From: Carcharhinus amblyrhynchos
Taxonomy: Eukaryota
Assembly (NCBI GenBank): GCA_965287045.1
Contig: OZ336877.1
Location: 57,722,001 to 57,786,000, forward strand
Reading direction: 5' to 3'
Length of the DNA: 64,000 nt
In this document: one piece after another, positions 11,621-25,289 of the stretch
Position numbering within the stretch: the first letter of the stretch is position 1
Layout: every line of letters begins with the position of its first letter
The notes under the pieces: model-generated
What the model saw: only the letters and a program-made list of their open reading frames with translations
Databases searched by the model: none
Told to the model about the DNA's origin: nothing
Made by a program: the position numbers and the translations under genes

Positions 11621-12577
11621 CTCTAGGGTTTCTCTTTTTTCTTTATCTTCAGAGCACCTCATCTCATGCAGGAGCCTGAGTGAAAGACCCTTTGCACATT
11701 CACTCTGGGCGCAGGTGTGAAAGAAAAAAAATCTACATTGTCAGATGCAGGTATCCTCACTGGACATCAGCCCAGTGTCCAAAGCCTACTCTCCATTCAG
11801 CTGGGCACTCCTAAATGGGGTCCAAATGTAACCCTTTCTGAGACTGGCTGGATGCATTGACCTTGCTGGACATCAACCACATGTTTAGAGGTCACTTTCT
11901 AGTCTCCAGTCAAAAATTGAGTATACTAGGTCTCATCCCTTCTGGCACAGAAACATGATGCTATCATTGAGTCCAGGTTCATTTTTGTACAACTCAGGTG
12001 TACAAATTAACTTACACATCTAGAATTCAAGAATAAAAAAAGCACACAAACTAACACCTATGTTGTGCCTTTCATAGAAGATAGCACAAAGTACTCACAG
12101 CCAACAAATTATTTTGAAGTAAATAAGAACTATAAAAGCCCAGTAACTAAGCACTATGAGTGAGACACGCAAACAGTTATCAAATTCAATGCTGCAACAC
12201 AAAGGCTCCCAATTTGCCTCATGACTCAGGAAAATACCTTAATGGCAGGATCTTTGTTCTGGGAGGTTGCTACAGGATGAAGAGAAGCTTGCCAACCTCA
12301 GATTCATATCACAGAGTGTAAGGGTTGGCCGAGTGCTGAGGCAGGCTGTTTAAAGAGGCCTGCCTCAATTCTCTGGGACTTTGTTCCAGTTGCTTTCTTA
12401 AGCATTAAGCCACCTAGCCCTTAACACCTCACACCACATACCTCATACCTATCCAGTTCCTATGCCCACAAATCAACTCATGCCAACCTATGTTCCACCA
12501 ATGCCTAAATGCCGCGTATTTGTACTCCTATCTCAACTTATGCCCCCAACCACTCTCATCGCCCTATGTCATTAAAA

Positions 12578-12732
12578 CTTAGAAAACAGAAGTATGAGTA
12601 GGCCATTTGGCTCTTTGAACCTGCTCCAACATTCCTTTTGATCATGGCTGATCATCAAATACAATCTCCTCATCCTGCCTTCCCCCCATATCTCTTTATC
12701 CTCTTAGCCCCTAGAGCAATAGCTGATTTCTT
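12578..12732 (-). mobile_element. CR1 3' terminal fragment
   Basis: gagtaggccatttggctctttgaacctgctcc...gatcatggctgatc CR1 3' UTR. Confidence 0.7.
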
Positions 12733-13509
12733 TATGTTTCAAACAGCTGCCAAGACATGAAAAATGGACCTAATGGAATTGCAACATCAGGCCCACTTCT
12801 CTTGAGTGAACTATTTGGATGTCCAGAAGCTGCCACAGTTAAAACTGAAGAAATCATGTTAGTGCTGAATGGGGGAAGGGGGGTGGGGTCAGATTTTGCA
12901 TATTTGTTGATATAATCACCTTCTCTGTCCATTTCCAACAAATTGTGAAGGAGTTAATATTATTCCAAAAGCAGCTTTTAAAATTAACTGTACTCCAGGG
13001 TTGATCAATTTCCAATGCCTGCTATAGCTATTTATTCAAATTCTGTGGTGTTAACCACTTTGTCAAGTGGTCTTGTTGTCTATTCTGTTTCCTTTTAAAT
13101 CTAAAAGGGACACTGTGTCCTGTCTGTGCTGTTGTGATAACTGGATACAGCATGGAACAATGAAATTCCCTTATGACCTGAAACAGATCTCCAAGTGTTA
13201 AACTATTAATCTCTCCCAACGCAGATCAAGTAAACTCTAGGGAACGTGTGTTTTGATTTGGTTCCTAAGCACCTTAATTCCATGGTAGACAATGTTATTT
13301 ATAAAATTGGTTAAACATCTATCCCTGTACAGCTAAAATTGTCATAGCTAAAAGCTGCATAAGGTAAGTTTATTTATTCTCATCTCTATGCATCAAGAGG
13401 GTCAACCTTTATTAAGAAATGCACTTCAGGCCCTCAACAGCAGAGTGGGTAGATGAATAGGCACATGTGCACATCAAAAACAGGATGAAGATTACAATGG
13501 GACTGACTG

Positions 13510-13915
13510 ATTTTGAGTTGATTTATTATTGTCACATGTATTAGAATACAGTGAAAAGTACTATTTCTTGCGTGCTATACAGACAAAGCATATTGTTTAT
13601 AGAGAAGGAAGGAGAGACTACAGAATGTAGTGTTACAGTCATAGCTAGGGTGTAGAGAAAGATCAACTGACTGCAGGGTAAGTTCATTCAAAAGTCTGAT
13701 GGCAGCAGGGAAGAAGCTCTTGAGTCACTTGATACGTGACTTCAGGCTTTTTTTAATCTTTTTCCTGATGGAAGAAGGTGGAAGGGCAAATGTGCGGGTG
13801 CGTGGGATCTTTAATGATGCTGGCTGCTTTTCTGAGGCAGTAGAAAGAGTAGACAGAGTTAATGGATGGGAAGCTGGTTTATGTGACGGATTGGGCTACA
13901 TTCATGATCTTCTGT
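13510..13915 (-). mobile_element. Rex1/Babar LINE 3' end
   Basis: Antisense of the 3490-3995 element (tttattattgtcacatgta...gtgaaaagta...atggcagcagggaagaagct). Confidence 0.85.
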
Positions 13916-15361
13916 GGTTGGACGTCCCAGTTTGCCAAGCCATTGGACAAAGATGGCCAATCTATTACAATTGAATGATTATCAGCTGCACACTGACTTC
14001 CTCATTCTGAAAGATGACATGCACAGTCTTCTGCTAGGGACCAAAAGTAAAGTACAGCGATATTCATTTGGATCTTGTTGGGCGCTGGGGAGTCAGGTGT
14101 GGAAATCTTATCTAAAAAAAAGAAAGATTGAAGTCCCAAGATTCAGCTCTTTGATATTTGGTGTATTAGTTTACTGTCATACATTGCAAGGTCTGAGCAT
14201 TTTGTTATAACTTCCTCCCTCCTGGGGAGAGTAAATGAAGTTTGTTCAATAATGGCTGCTTACAGTGAATCCAACATTAGTGAGTTTCTCTCAGTACAAT
14301 ACACATCAGAAAATTTGCAAAAAGGCAAAGATGGACTCTTTTCCATTTCAGTTAAGAATTAAAAGAACATTGTGCTTGTTTTTGGAACTCAAAAGTTGAT
14401 TTTTGAGCAATTGAAAAGAGCTGCTTGGTGTGAGCATTGGATTCAGGTACAAGTGAACCAGCTCAGAATGTAACTGAAACAAAAAACACAGAAGTGAAGG
14501 ATAGTTGGGGACACTAGGGGAATTCAACCCTAACAAAGAGAACTGCTGTAACTAAGAAAGAATGTTACGCGTTTAGCTGGGCGGGAATGAAATAGATGAA
14601 GATCACCATGATGGGGCCAGCTGCTTTTAGAGGTGCTATCTAATCAAAGGTATCCAGAAGACCCCAGTATTATGGACTATTCTGAAAGTAATGAGATTCT
14701 GAATTCATTTTATGGTACGACCAAGAATGAGATTGCACTGAGAATTTCATTTCACGAAAGGAAGCACTTGTTAAATGAGATTGCTGTGGATTATATTCTC
14801 AAATTAAAGAAATTCTTCTCACACATGGGTATGGTACAAACTTAGAAATTGCTCTTAGGGATGCATTTGTAGAAAGCCAATAAAATAAAGTTTTGAGCAA
14901 AAAATGTAATAAGCTGATGTGGAAGGAGGTGTGAAGTAAAGCTACAGCCCTGGAAATGGTTGAAAGAGATGGTTGCAAATTGTAAGGCAGTTATTTTCTG
15001 GAGCCAGCGAGGGAGATTCACTCAATTTCATTCGGATCCAGGTCAAGGCAGCCAAGTTCTCAGGCTCAAGTCATAAATTTAGATGCCACCTTTGCCACAA
15101 TCACCACCAACTGCATAAATGCCACTGACTAAACCACAAGAAAGAAGTTATGTGCAGCCCCCTTTTAATTTATGAGCAGTTCAATTTAAAAATAATCCAA
15201 TCAAGCTTTATTCTTAAACAAGAGAAAGGTTAGTGGTGGTAGAATTTGAATTCATCTTAAAACAACCTGGATTGTAAATATTTAGTGATGGGAAAGAAAT
15301 CTCCCATCTTTACCTGGTCTGGCCTACATGTGACTCCATACCCACAGCTACTGCTTTAACT

Positions 15362-16408
15362 TAGAAACATAGAACACTGCAGCACAGTACAGGCCCTTTG
15401 GCCCTCAATGTTGTGCCGAACTATGTCCAAACCCAAGATCAAGCTATCCCACTCCCTGTCATTCTGGTGTGCTCCATGTGCCTATCCAATAACCGTTTGA
15501 AAGTTCCTGAAGTGTCTGACTCCACTATCACAGCAGGCAGTGCATTCCACACCCCAACCATTCTCTGAGTAAAGAATCTACCTTGGACATCCTTCCTATA
15601 TCTCCCACCATGAACCTTATAGTTATGCCCCCCAGTAACAGCTACATCCACCTGAGGAAATAGTCTCTCCACGTCCACTCTATCTATCCCTCTCATCATC
15701 TTATAAAGCTCTATTAAGACACCTCATTCTCCTCCGCTCTAAAGAGAAAAGCCCCAGTTCCCTCAACCTTTCCTCATAAGACCTACCCTCCAAACCAGGC
15801 AGCATCCTGGTAAATCTCCTCTGCACTCACTCCAATAATTCCACATCCTTCTTATAGTGAGGTGACCAGGCATGCACACAATATTCTGAATGTGGTCTCA
15901 CCAAGGTCCGATACAGTTGCAGCATAACCCCATGGCTCTTAAACTCAAACTCCCTGTTAATAAACGCTAACACACTATAAGCCTTCTTCACGGCTCTATC
16001 ACTTGAGTGGCAACCTTCAGAGATCTGTGGATATGAACTCCAAGAGCTCTGTGTTCCTCCACATTCCTCAGAACCCTGCCGTTGACCCTGTAATCCGTAT
16101 TCAGGTTTGTCCTAACAAAATGAATCGCCTCGCAACGATCATGGTTAAACTCCATCTGCCACTTTTCAGCCCAGCTCTGCATCCCATCAATGTGTCTCTT
16201 TGCAGCCTACAAGAGCCCTCCACCTCATTGACTACTCCACCAATCTTGGTGTCATCAGCAAATTTACTAACCCACCCTTCAGCCCCCTCTTCCAAGTCAT
16301 TGATTAAAAAAAAAATCACAAATAGCAGAGGACCCAGCACTGCTCCCTGTGGTACACCGCTGGTAACTGGCCTCCAGTCTGAAAATTTTCCCTCCACTAC
16401 TACCCTAT
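15362..16408 (-). mobile_element. CR1 LINE, 5'-truncated, frameshifted
   Basis: [37 protein letters not shown] and RFFTQRMVGVWNALP; tagaaacatagaac tail. Confidence 0.93.
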
Positions 16409-16411
16409 TTT

Positions 16412-16735
16412 TTAGAAAGAGGTCATTTGGCCCATCGGGTCTGCACTGGCCACGATCCCACCTCGGCCCTACCCCCATATCCCTACATATTTACCTACTA
16501 ATACCTCTAACCTAAGCATCTCAGGACTTTAACAGGCAGTTTTTTTTAGCATGGCCCATCAACCTAACCTGCACATCTTTGGACTGTGGAAGAAAACCAG
16601 AGCAACCGGAGGAAACACACGCAGATACGAGGAGAATGTACAAACTCCACACAGACAGTGACCCAAGCCGAGAATCAAACTAGGTCCCTGCAGCTGTGAA
16701 GCAGCAGTGCTAACCACTGTGCTACTGTGCCGCCC
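16412..16735 (-). mobile_element. HE1-type V-SINE
   Basis: aacctgcacatctttggactgtgg...aaactccacacagacagtgacccaagcc...gcagtgctaaccactgtgctactgtgccgccc. Confidence 0.9.
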
Positions 16736-17401
16736 TTTAAATAAGGTAGATTAAAAAAAAGTTACTAACAAAAATACAGGTAAAAATCAAAATGCAGATA
16801 AAGGAAACATAGATACTTAAAGATGAGATTATCAGATCAGTCTTTGAGACATTGTTGTGGGCATGTTGCTCAATTTCTTTCTTTCTGAAGTTAAGGGATA
16901 CAGTTTAGCAGCTGTGACAGTTTCTGCAGTTAACCTGTCGATGTTTGCTTCTTTCCACATGTACTCAGCAGGTCCAGCAGGTTCTGGGAATAGAGAAGTT
17001 TCTTTCTCATCATTCGTTCTACAGTTACGACACGTGGAGATTGACTGGACTTTTCTGCCAGAGCAGCAGTCGACTTCTTAACACCTTCCTCTTTGACTTT
17101 CAGTAGCAGAGAGAAAATTATTCTGATGGTGTCTCAGTTCTTCCTGAAGGTTCCACAGCCGATTTTTAAAAAAAAAATCACAACCAAGAACAAAAAGGCT
17201 GCTACATGAATTTCAATTAATCATTGTCCCACCAGGCACAGAAGTTAATAACAGAGTTTGAAGTCTCTTCCTTTCTCCTATTCTCCCAGAAGCTAAGGGG
17301 TTTGCACCCCTTTTACAAAGTACAGTAGATAAAACTAGAGGAGTAATAACTCTTGTGTATTGAGCTCCAGAGATGAATTCGATAAGATTTGAACAAACAC
17401 A

Positions 17402-18093
17402 AAACATAGAACACTACAGCACAAACAGGCCCTTCGGCCCACAAGTTGTGCCGATCACATCAATACCTACCAATCCATAGACCTATCTATAACCCCCAAT
17501 CCCATTAAATCCCATACACTCATCCAGAAGTCTTTTAAAAGACCCCAGCGAGTTCGCCTCCACCACCACTGACGGCAGCTGATTCCATTCACTCACCGCC
17601 CTCTGAGTGAAAAACTTACCCCTAACATCACCTCTGTACTTGCTTCCCTGCACTTTAAATCTGTGTCCTCTCGTAGCGACATTTCAACCCAGGGAAATAG
17701 CCTCTGAGAATCCACCCTATCTATTCCTCTCAACGTTTTATAAACTTCTATCAGGTCGCCTCTCAACCTACGCCTCTCCAGGGAGAAGAGTCCCAGCTCC
17801 CTCAACCTAACTTCATAAGGCATGCCTCCCAGTCCAGGCAACATCCTTGTAAATCTCCTCTGTACCCTTTCAATAGCTTCTACGTCCTTCCTATAGTGAG
17901 GCAACCAGAACTGCGCACAGTACTCCAAATGAGGCCTGACAAGGGACTTATAAAGTTGCAGCATTACCTCCCAATTCCTAAACTCAATCCCTCGATTAAT
18001 GAAGGCCAGTACACCATACGCCTTCTTGACCACCTCCTCCACCCGCGAGGCCGATTTAAGAGTCCTGTGGACCTGGACCCCAAGATCCTTCTG
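17402..18093 (-). mobile_element. CR1 LINE, 5'-truncated
   Basis: EQKDLGVQVHR...LVRPHLEYCAQFW...RRLRGDLIEVYK; aacatagaac tail. Confidence 0.93.
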
Positions 18094-19138
18094 CTCAAGA
18101 TCCTGCAAAAAAGTGTCATGTTGTCTGCCCAAACTTCCATTTTGAAAAAAATAAATTCAATGTAAATGTTTGGAGACAGAACTGTACTTTTTGTCCTTAA
18201 AATCTGTAAAACCATGATTACCGATAGTGACACACCAATTTCTTATGGGAAAGTTGGTCATATTCAGACATCACGCAGCAGTCGGGAAACAGTAATGCTT
18301 TAGGGCACACTAATGCTCCAGGTCAAGGTTGTAGTAAATCTAGGAGGTAGTTCAGGAGTCTGAAAATCCTCAAATGTGCACATGTAGGATGTTGAAAGGG
18401 AAGTTGATGTTATCAAGGTGAAAAACCAAGAGCTGCACTCAGCCCGAGAGCAAAAATATAGAACAGAACATGAAAGATGAGAATAAAAGGGCTGAAGAGA
18501 CAATTCCAGCATTCACAGTGAAAATGAAAGTTGGCGATTCACAATTTTGATACAGCAGCAGCTTACAGGCTTTCTAAGAAGAAATCCCCAAGTCACATTC
18601 CCTTAACACAAAATAGGTATGAAACTGACTAATTATTCCAATAATAGTGTCCCAGTGTTAGAGTAGAATACAATGATGAATGCTATTTCTTGTCATTGTT
18701 CGTAATAATGAGGGAATAAAGTCAACCTAATGAGAAGAAATTGTCTTAAGATGTTAAGATTAAACTGGGCTGAGTTATTTACAGAAGAAATCATAGGAGT
18801 ATGTCTTTTACCGAAGTGTGAAGAGAGATCAAAGTGATCTTTGAGTAAGAATTAATGGATAATGTCACGCAGCATTATCTTAAATATTGCAAATCAGCAG
18901 ATCCTGCAAATGCAGACATTCTTTTAATATTTCCCATGAACACTTTTTTTTAGCTACTAGGCTAGTATGAATTACTGATACAAACAATATGCCAGTCAAT
19001 GTGTGCCAAAGTAACTAATGAAGAAACTTGCAAAGATGTGCTGCTCAGTAAAGTGTTCAATTAAATCATGATTGGGAATAAGCACATTTTAATTTTTGTG
19101 AAGTCGAAGGGAAAGATTTGGTTAATAGCAAGTGGATA

Positions 19139-19878
19139 TTTGATTTGATCTATTGTTGTCACATGTATTAACATTCAGTGAAAAGTATTGCTTCTTGCGC
19201 ACTATACAGACAAAGCATACTATTCATAGAGAAGGAAATGAGAGAGTGCAGAGTGTAGTGTTACAGTCATAGCTAGGGTGTAGAGAAAGATCAACTTAAT
19301 GCAGGGTGGGTCCATTCAGAAGTCCAACAGCAGCAGGGAAGATGCTGTCTTGGGTCAGTTGGTACGTGACCTCAGAATTTTGTATCTTTTTCCCCGAAGG
19401 AAGAATATGGAAGAGAGAATGTCCAGAGTGCATAGCGCCCTTAATTATGCTGAGTGCTTTGCCGAGGCAGTGGAAAGTGTAGATAGAGTCAATGGATGGG
19501 AGGTCAGTTTGTGTGATGGATTGGGCTACATTCACAACCTTTTATAGTTCCTTGCTGTCTTGGGCAGAGCAGGACACATACCAAGGTATGATACAACCAG
19601 AAAGAATGCTTTCTACGGTGCATCTGTAAAGGTTGGAGAGAGTCATAGCTCACATGACAAATTTCCTTAGTCTTCTGAGAAAGTAGAGGCATTAGTGGGC
19701 TTTCTTAACTATAATGCCAGCAATGGGGGGGGGGGGGGGGGGGTGTGGAGAGAGAGAGACACCAGGACAGGTTGTTGGTGATCTGGATATCCAAAAACTT
19801 GAAGCTCTTGACCCTTTCTAATTTGTTCCCATTGACGCAGACAGGGGCCAGTTGTCCATTACGCCTCCTGAAGTCGAT
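19139..19878 (-). mobile_element. Rex1/Babar LINE, 5'-truncated, degenerate
   Basis: IDFRRR...ERVKSFKFLDIQITNNLSW and AQSITQTDLPSIDSIY...HSGHSLFHILPSGK; (ttga)n tail at ~19140. Confidence 0.88.
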
Positions 19879-19879
19879 T

Positions 19880-20470
19880 GTGGAGTCTATACCCAATACC
19901 ACAATCATCAAACCTATTAAGGTCCTGAGAAGCTAGCTTGCAACTTATAGGTTGTCAGAGGATAATGGCCCACAGTTTATACCACAGAAGTGTGAAATAT
20001 GTCTGAATAAGAATGGATCAGAAGCACTTTCTAATACCACCATATTACCCAGTATTGAATGGTGGCAGAAAGAAGTGTAAAAAAAAAGTGACAAGGTTTT
20101 TGCTGGTGATAAACTAGGCAGTAATTTTTGTGTTTTGCTTCGACACACAATAGCCAAATTTCTGTTATGTGACAGAGTAACCCCACATTCCACAACAGAT
20201 TGCTCACCTTTTGAGTTAGTGTTTAAACAAGCTCCAAGGAAAAGGTTTAGTTTGCTTAAACCTGACATCAATAGCAAAGTATGAGAAAAGCAAGACAAAG
20301 TGAAGATGAGTCATGACGCTTAGAGAGTTCAGTGTCAGTCAGAAGGTCATGCTGAACTACATGGAGGTGAAAAGGAGAAGTATGTGATTGGAATTGTTGT
20401 GAAGAGACTGGATGAATTCACATATCTAATAAAGTTGAAGAGAGACTGCATCAATGTAACATAGATCATT
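19880..20470 (+). mobile_element. Gypsy LTR-retrotransposon integrase remnant
   Basis: Frameshifted translation gives ...DNGPQF...PPYYPVLNG..ERSV...KFLL..VTPHSTTDCSPFELVF...RFSLLKPD, the Gypsy integrase core. Confidence 0.8.
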
Positions 20471-20591
20471 TGCTTGAAAGGATTCACACTGAGGATACCC
20501 TCCATCATATTGTGTGGCACTCCAAGTGCTGAATAGAATAGATTTTGAACAAATCTAGCAACTCAAAACTGGGTATCCAAAAGACACCATT

Positions 20592-20722
20592 GGCCATCAG
20601 AAGCAGCAGAAATGCTGAGTGGATGATCAACCTCAGCCTCTTCCCAAGGTCACCAACATCACAGATGCTAGTCTTTTAGTGAATACAATTTACACCACAT
20701 GATATCAACAAACAGCACTGGG
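20592..20722 (+). mobile_element. LINE (L2/CR1-group) internal fragment
   Basis: cagaaatgctgagtggatgatc...aacatcacagatgctagtc...caccacatgatatcaa resembles the QKCRVDD..ITDASL..TPRDIK linker of a fish/shark LINE ORF. Confidence 0.45.
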
Positions 20723-20723
20723 T

Positions 20724-21194
20724 CATCGAGTCATAGAGGTTTACAGCATGGAAACAGGCCCTCTGGCCCAACTTGTCCATGCTGCCCTTCTTTTAAACCC
20801 CTAAGCCAGTCCCAATTGCCCGCATTTGGGCCATATCCCTCTATACCCGTCATACCCATGTAACTGTCTAAATGCTTTTTAAAAGACAAACTTGTACCCG
20901 CCTCTACTACAACATCTAGCAGCTTGTTCCCGACATTCACCACCCTTTGTGTGAAAAAATTGACCCTCTGGATCCTTTTGCATCTCTCTCCTCTCACCTT
21001 AAACCTATGCCCTCTAGTTTTAGACTCCCCTACTTTTGGGAAAAGATATTGACTATCTACCTTATCTATGCCCCTCATTATTTTATAGACCTCTATAAGG
21101 TCACCCCTCAGCTTTCTAAGCTCCAGAGAAAAAAATTCCAGTCTATCCAGCCTCTCCTTACAATTCAAACCATCAAGTCCTGGTAGCATCCTAG
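20724..21194 (-). mobile_element. CR1 LINE 3' fragment
   Basis: ORF 20731-21189 MLPGLDGL...LRGDLIEVYKIMRG...FFTQRVVN; same subfamily as 58118-58645. Confidence 0.92.
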
Positions 21195-22214
21195 TATCCT
21201 ACACTGGATAATGCCAAGGCTCTGGTGACATTCTGACAATAGTATTAAAAACTTCAGAACCAGGTTTGTGTAGATTAATAAGCCTCCCAATTCCAGAAGG
21301 TTTATTTTGTTAATCATACCAATGTGTTTAATTACATTTAGACGGAAGCTACTAATTGGAATTTTATATGAACATTTATAATGATACAAACAGATAGTTG
21401 AGGTCTGAAATATATTCTTCACTCTAAATAAAATCAAGACCGTGTAAAGGCTGACCTCAGGTTATCATTCTTCAACTGGAATGCAAAATTCCTCACTGTC
21501 CAGAAGGACCTAGTGAAATGGCAAGAGGGCACCCAATCCCGTTTTACTTTGAATGCAGTAACCAGAATCAGTTAAAATCACCCCGTGCAAGTCAAAAAAA
21601 AACATTGTTGTCAAAAGGAGGTTTTCCCTTTTAAGACACAAGAGACTGCTCTTTCCACACATCAATCATCCTCTTTCTCCTTATTGAGCTGTTAATATGA
21701 AACACTGGGAGAATTTTGATGTCAAATAAATTGCACATAGCCTTTAATCTCTGGAATAAAATTCCATATCTAGCCCACATTAATAAAAAGAAAAGTTGGT
21801 CTTGTGCTCAGGGTGACTGGATTTCAGTCTTAATTTCACTTTCCTGCAAAGTTTGCTGGTTTCAAACTACTTGTATTCAATGTACCCAAATTTTGCTGCT
21901 TAAACTGTCTTTTCCAGAAACAGTTTACAGAATAAACAATAAATACTGCTGAAACTCATTATTAGAATTTATTTACTTTGAGAAATGCAGATCACTGAAA
22001 CTTTTGGTACTGATTTCACGAGATTCAACCAAAAGGAAACCCAGAAATAACTTGGAAATTTGGTATTGCTGAACATCATTCCAGTATTTCCAAATCAGAA
22101 TCTTCAGTATAACAATATAACAGCTTATACAGCAGAAACAAAACTTTCAACATGTTTTCCTTAAAAATCAACTCAAGAAAAAAAAAGGTAATTTGGTTCA
22201 TTAAGCTGGTTTTT

Positions 22215-22685
22215 CAATTTAATAAGCTCATGGGTGATCTGATTGTGGCCTTAACCCCACTTTACGCCTTTTCCCCATAACCCTCAATTCCCTTGTCAAT
22301 CTAAAATTTATTTAGCTCAACCTTGAATATGTTCAATAAAGCAGCTTCCACTCTCTCTGTGAAAGAGAATCCCAAAGGCTATTGTCTCGGAGAAGAAATT
22401 CCTTCTCATCTCCATCTTAAATAGAAAAGTTCTTATTTTTAAGCTGCATCGCCTGGTTCTGGATTCCCCCAGGAGGGGAAGAATCCTCTCAGCATCTATC
22501 CTGTCAAGCCCTCTCACGCTTATGTATGCTACAATAAGATCTCTCTCTGAACTCTAATAGGTATAGGCACAACCTGCCCAACATTTCCTCAAGCTAAACC
22601 TTTCATCTGAGGAATCCACCCAGTGAACCTTGTCTGAACTTCTTCCAGTGCAAGCATATCCCTCTAAGTGAGGACACCAAATCAT
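22215..22685 (-). mobile_element. Old CR1 3' fragment
   Basis: MRGLDRIDAERILPLLGESRTR..SLKIR...MRRNFFS. Confidence 0.8.
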
Positions 22686-24229
22686 GAGTAAAAAAAAAAA
22701 ATCGGCAAGTCAGAAAATCTGATGATTGAGGGAAAATAAACTCCATATTCAGTACTCTGTGATTTGCTTTGCTTTCAAAGTTGTTCGTTTTTGTCTGAGT
22801 TCATTTTTCTCCATCGTTTTCATTCCTCTGAAACAATGGGCTAGTTAAGGGCTAGGGAAGGGTGAGGGGGAGGGAGTGGGGCAGCAGGGTGGTGATAAAA
22901 TGGTCGTGAGAAGGAAGCCTGATAATAACCCGTCATGAGGGGAAACTAACAGAGGAAACCTCGAAGTTGCAGTCATCCATCAATTATACCAATTAAATAC
23001 GAAATTCCCACCCCCTGCTGGCCAAGAGATGTCCCTTCAGCAATGAAGAAACAGCCAGCTGCCTTTTCAAGTAAGAGAGAAAAACAGAATCACCTTTTCT
23101 CCACCTTTATTTTTTAATTAAAGATTTGAATCAGCAGCCTGGAAGCCTTCAGATATGGCTAAGACCAGGCGGGTGGGCAGTGTTTGCCCCTGAGCTGCCG
23201 CTGAAATGTCATCTCTGGGCAGCTGGATTGCTTCTCAACAATACGTCTTCAGTAGCTAAATTTGGTACTGTCGCCTGTCGGTGGGTAGTCCTACCTTACT
23301 CCATCTCATTCTGCTTCCAGGAAAGGGTCCATGAGCAGGATGGAGGTGGCTACTTTGCATGCAGGCTGGTGACATGAATGTTTGTACCTAACTACTTCAG
23401 ACTTCGCTCCCATCATAAATTCTCCAAGATTGTATCTTTGATCGCTTGCTTCAACCATGTATAATCAAGTTAACTATTTATCTGCACAAATCGCAAATTT
23501 AAATGTGGATTGATTCCTGTCAAGAACTTTTAAGCATTTGTACCCTGAACAGATCATGTTTTTCCATGGCTACCTATTTGATCCTTCAAGGAGTTTTTCA
23601 AGGTCACATTTTTTTTGCATGCCTTTTCTGCATGCCAGTTTGTTGGACGGTACTTCTGGTTGAGTTTTCTCAACTCCCACATGCTGTGAAATTTGAAGGT
23701 CTTTATTTCCTCTTGGTGCTTTTTATATTGTCTCTGAAATTTGTTGGTTCGGATCTTTCACAGCTTCATTCATTGAAGACTTCAGCTTATTGTGCGTTTT
23801 CACCAATATATACTCAGCCTGAACCTTGCCCTTCCTGAATTGCTTAATTTATCTTCAGCTTGTCCATTTTGGTGCACTGACAAGTAACCATTTTGTCATT
23901 TACTAAATACGGTTCCCCTCCATTGAGGTCTTCTGTCTGCCTTATTGTGGAGTCTTTAGACACATTACAGCTGAGATGAATGGCTGTAGCCTCCCAACTT
24001 TGTCCTAGAACTGTAGTGCGGTGCAGTGTAATGGGCTGTCAGACTAGTTTGCGCTCTTGATGAATATCATGCCATCACATGGACTCAATCTCACTTTCAA
24101 TGGCTTCGTTTTTCAATTAACATGTAGAGTCACTTTAGATAGGCCTGTAAAGGCAATGGAAGGGGGGGGGGGGTGCGGAGAGGAGGGAGGGGGGCATTCT
24201 TCCAAAAAAATTATAATATATAGAATTTG

Positions 24230-25250
24230 CTTTAAAATTGGAATAAATCCCACTGCTTTGTTCAGTAGGGGTTTCAAAATGAATCTCCCACACACTGTGC
24301 ACTGAGGAGTGCACTAGTGTGAATAAGGAGAAAGATCAGTGGGCTATTCCAGCTAGAGAGGCAGCACAGCGCTGAGCGGGCCATTGCGCATGTGCCAATC
24401 ATTCACCTCCAAGATCAGCACATCCTCAGTGGCCCCGCACTGCCGGCCTTTTGGTCACTGGCCAACCCGATCAATGGTCAGCCTCACAACCCCACATCAC
24501 CAGCCTTCTGAATCCCCCATGGCCTGATCACTGGTCACCAACCATGTCCAGGTAGCCTCAGCTCACCCCCCTCTACCATGATCATCCATCCCCAGCAGCG
24601 CCCATCTCCTAATCCCTTGACACACTGGTAGCCCCAAACACCCCTGCAGTCCCAATGCTCCTTCAGCAAGCTGCTCCCCCTTCTCCCCTCCTGGATGGTG
24701 AGCCTGATCGCTGGCCTCCCTCCCTCTGTCACTGAGGCCGACTGCAAAGTGGCACATTGACCTGCCATCCCCACTGATTGCTCTTCAGAGGCCCTGCCCC
24801 CATCAGGCCCCCTGTGGGCAGTGCCAGGGGCCCAGTTTGGCACTGCCAAGATGGCAATGTTCAAGGGGCACCCTCTCCAATTCCCAATTCTCTGGGGAGC
24901 CTCAATCACTTCTGCAGGGTCAGGTCACCAGCTCAATGCAAATGGGGAGTGAATTAAACCCCTCTGGGGTGAACCATTCCTGGTGGAGTGCGGGAGAGGG
25001 AAGCACACCAGTGGGACCAGACATTTCAGTCCAGGCTCACGAATGATATTTAAATGATATGGAAATGGTAATCTAAATAAATGATGCAGCTCCAGGCCCA
25101 TTCCTGGTGCGAAGCTGACGGTGCTGGAAATCCAACTCTGTAGACTCAAGGGGTCCATGGCTTCCAGTAAGCAGCACAAAACAGCCTCTGCTCGAGATTT
25201 CCAGCCTGCTGCACTACAAAAGCAGCACAGTGAGCTGGGAAAATTGCCCC
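24230..25250. mobile_element. GC-rich non-autonomous DNA transposon (Harbinger-like TIR)
   Basis: Right end ggaaaattgccc (~25239-25250) resembles the gggcrgrattttcc termini seen at 29186 and 32021; left boundary uncertain. Confidence 0.5.
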
Positions 25251-25289
25251 TCATATACTACATGGCACATTAATGATTATCATTTCTAC

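Noticed and set aside
16003-16515. 170-aa plus-strand ORF and similar ORFs (10060, 32575, 42385, 48328, 56337)
   Set aside because: Antisense or alternative-frame shadows of CR1/PLE coding sequence.
16850-17160. Possible c8orf34 exon 2 or other coding exon
   Set aside because: Stops in all three minus-strand frames checked, and no ELMTKL..PDQPIPFL-like sequence found here or elsewhere in the window.
19724-19743. Poly-G run as a G-quadruplex element (also ~24162 and ~40462)
   Set aside because: Simple homopolymers, one inside a Rex1 copy; length is unreliable in assemblies and there is no functional evidence.
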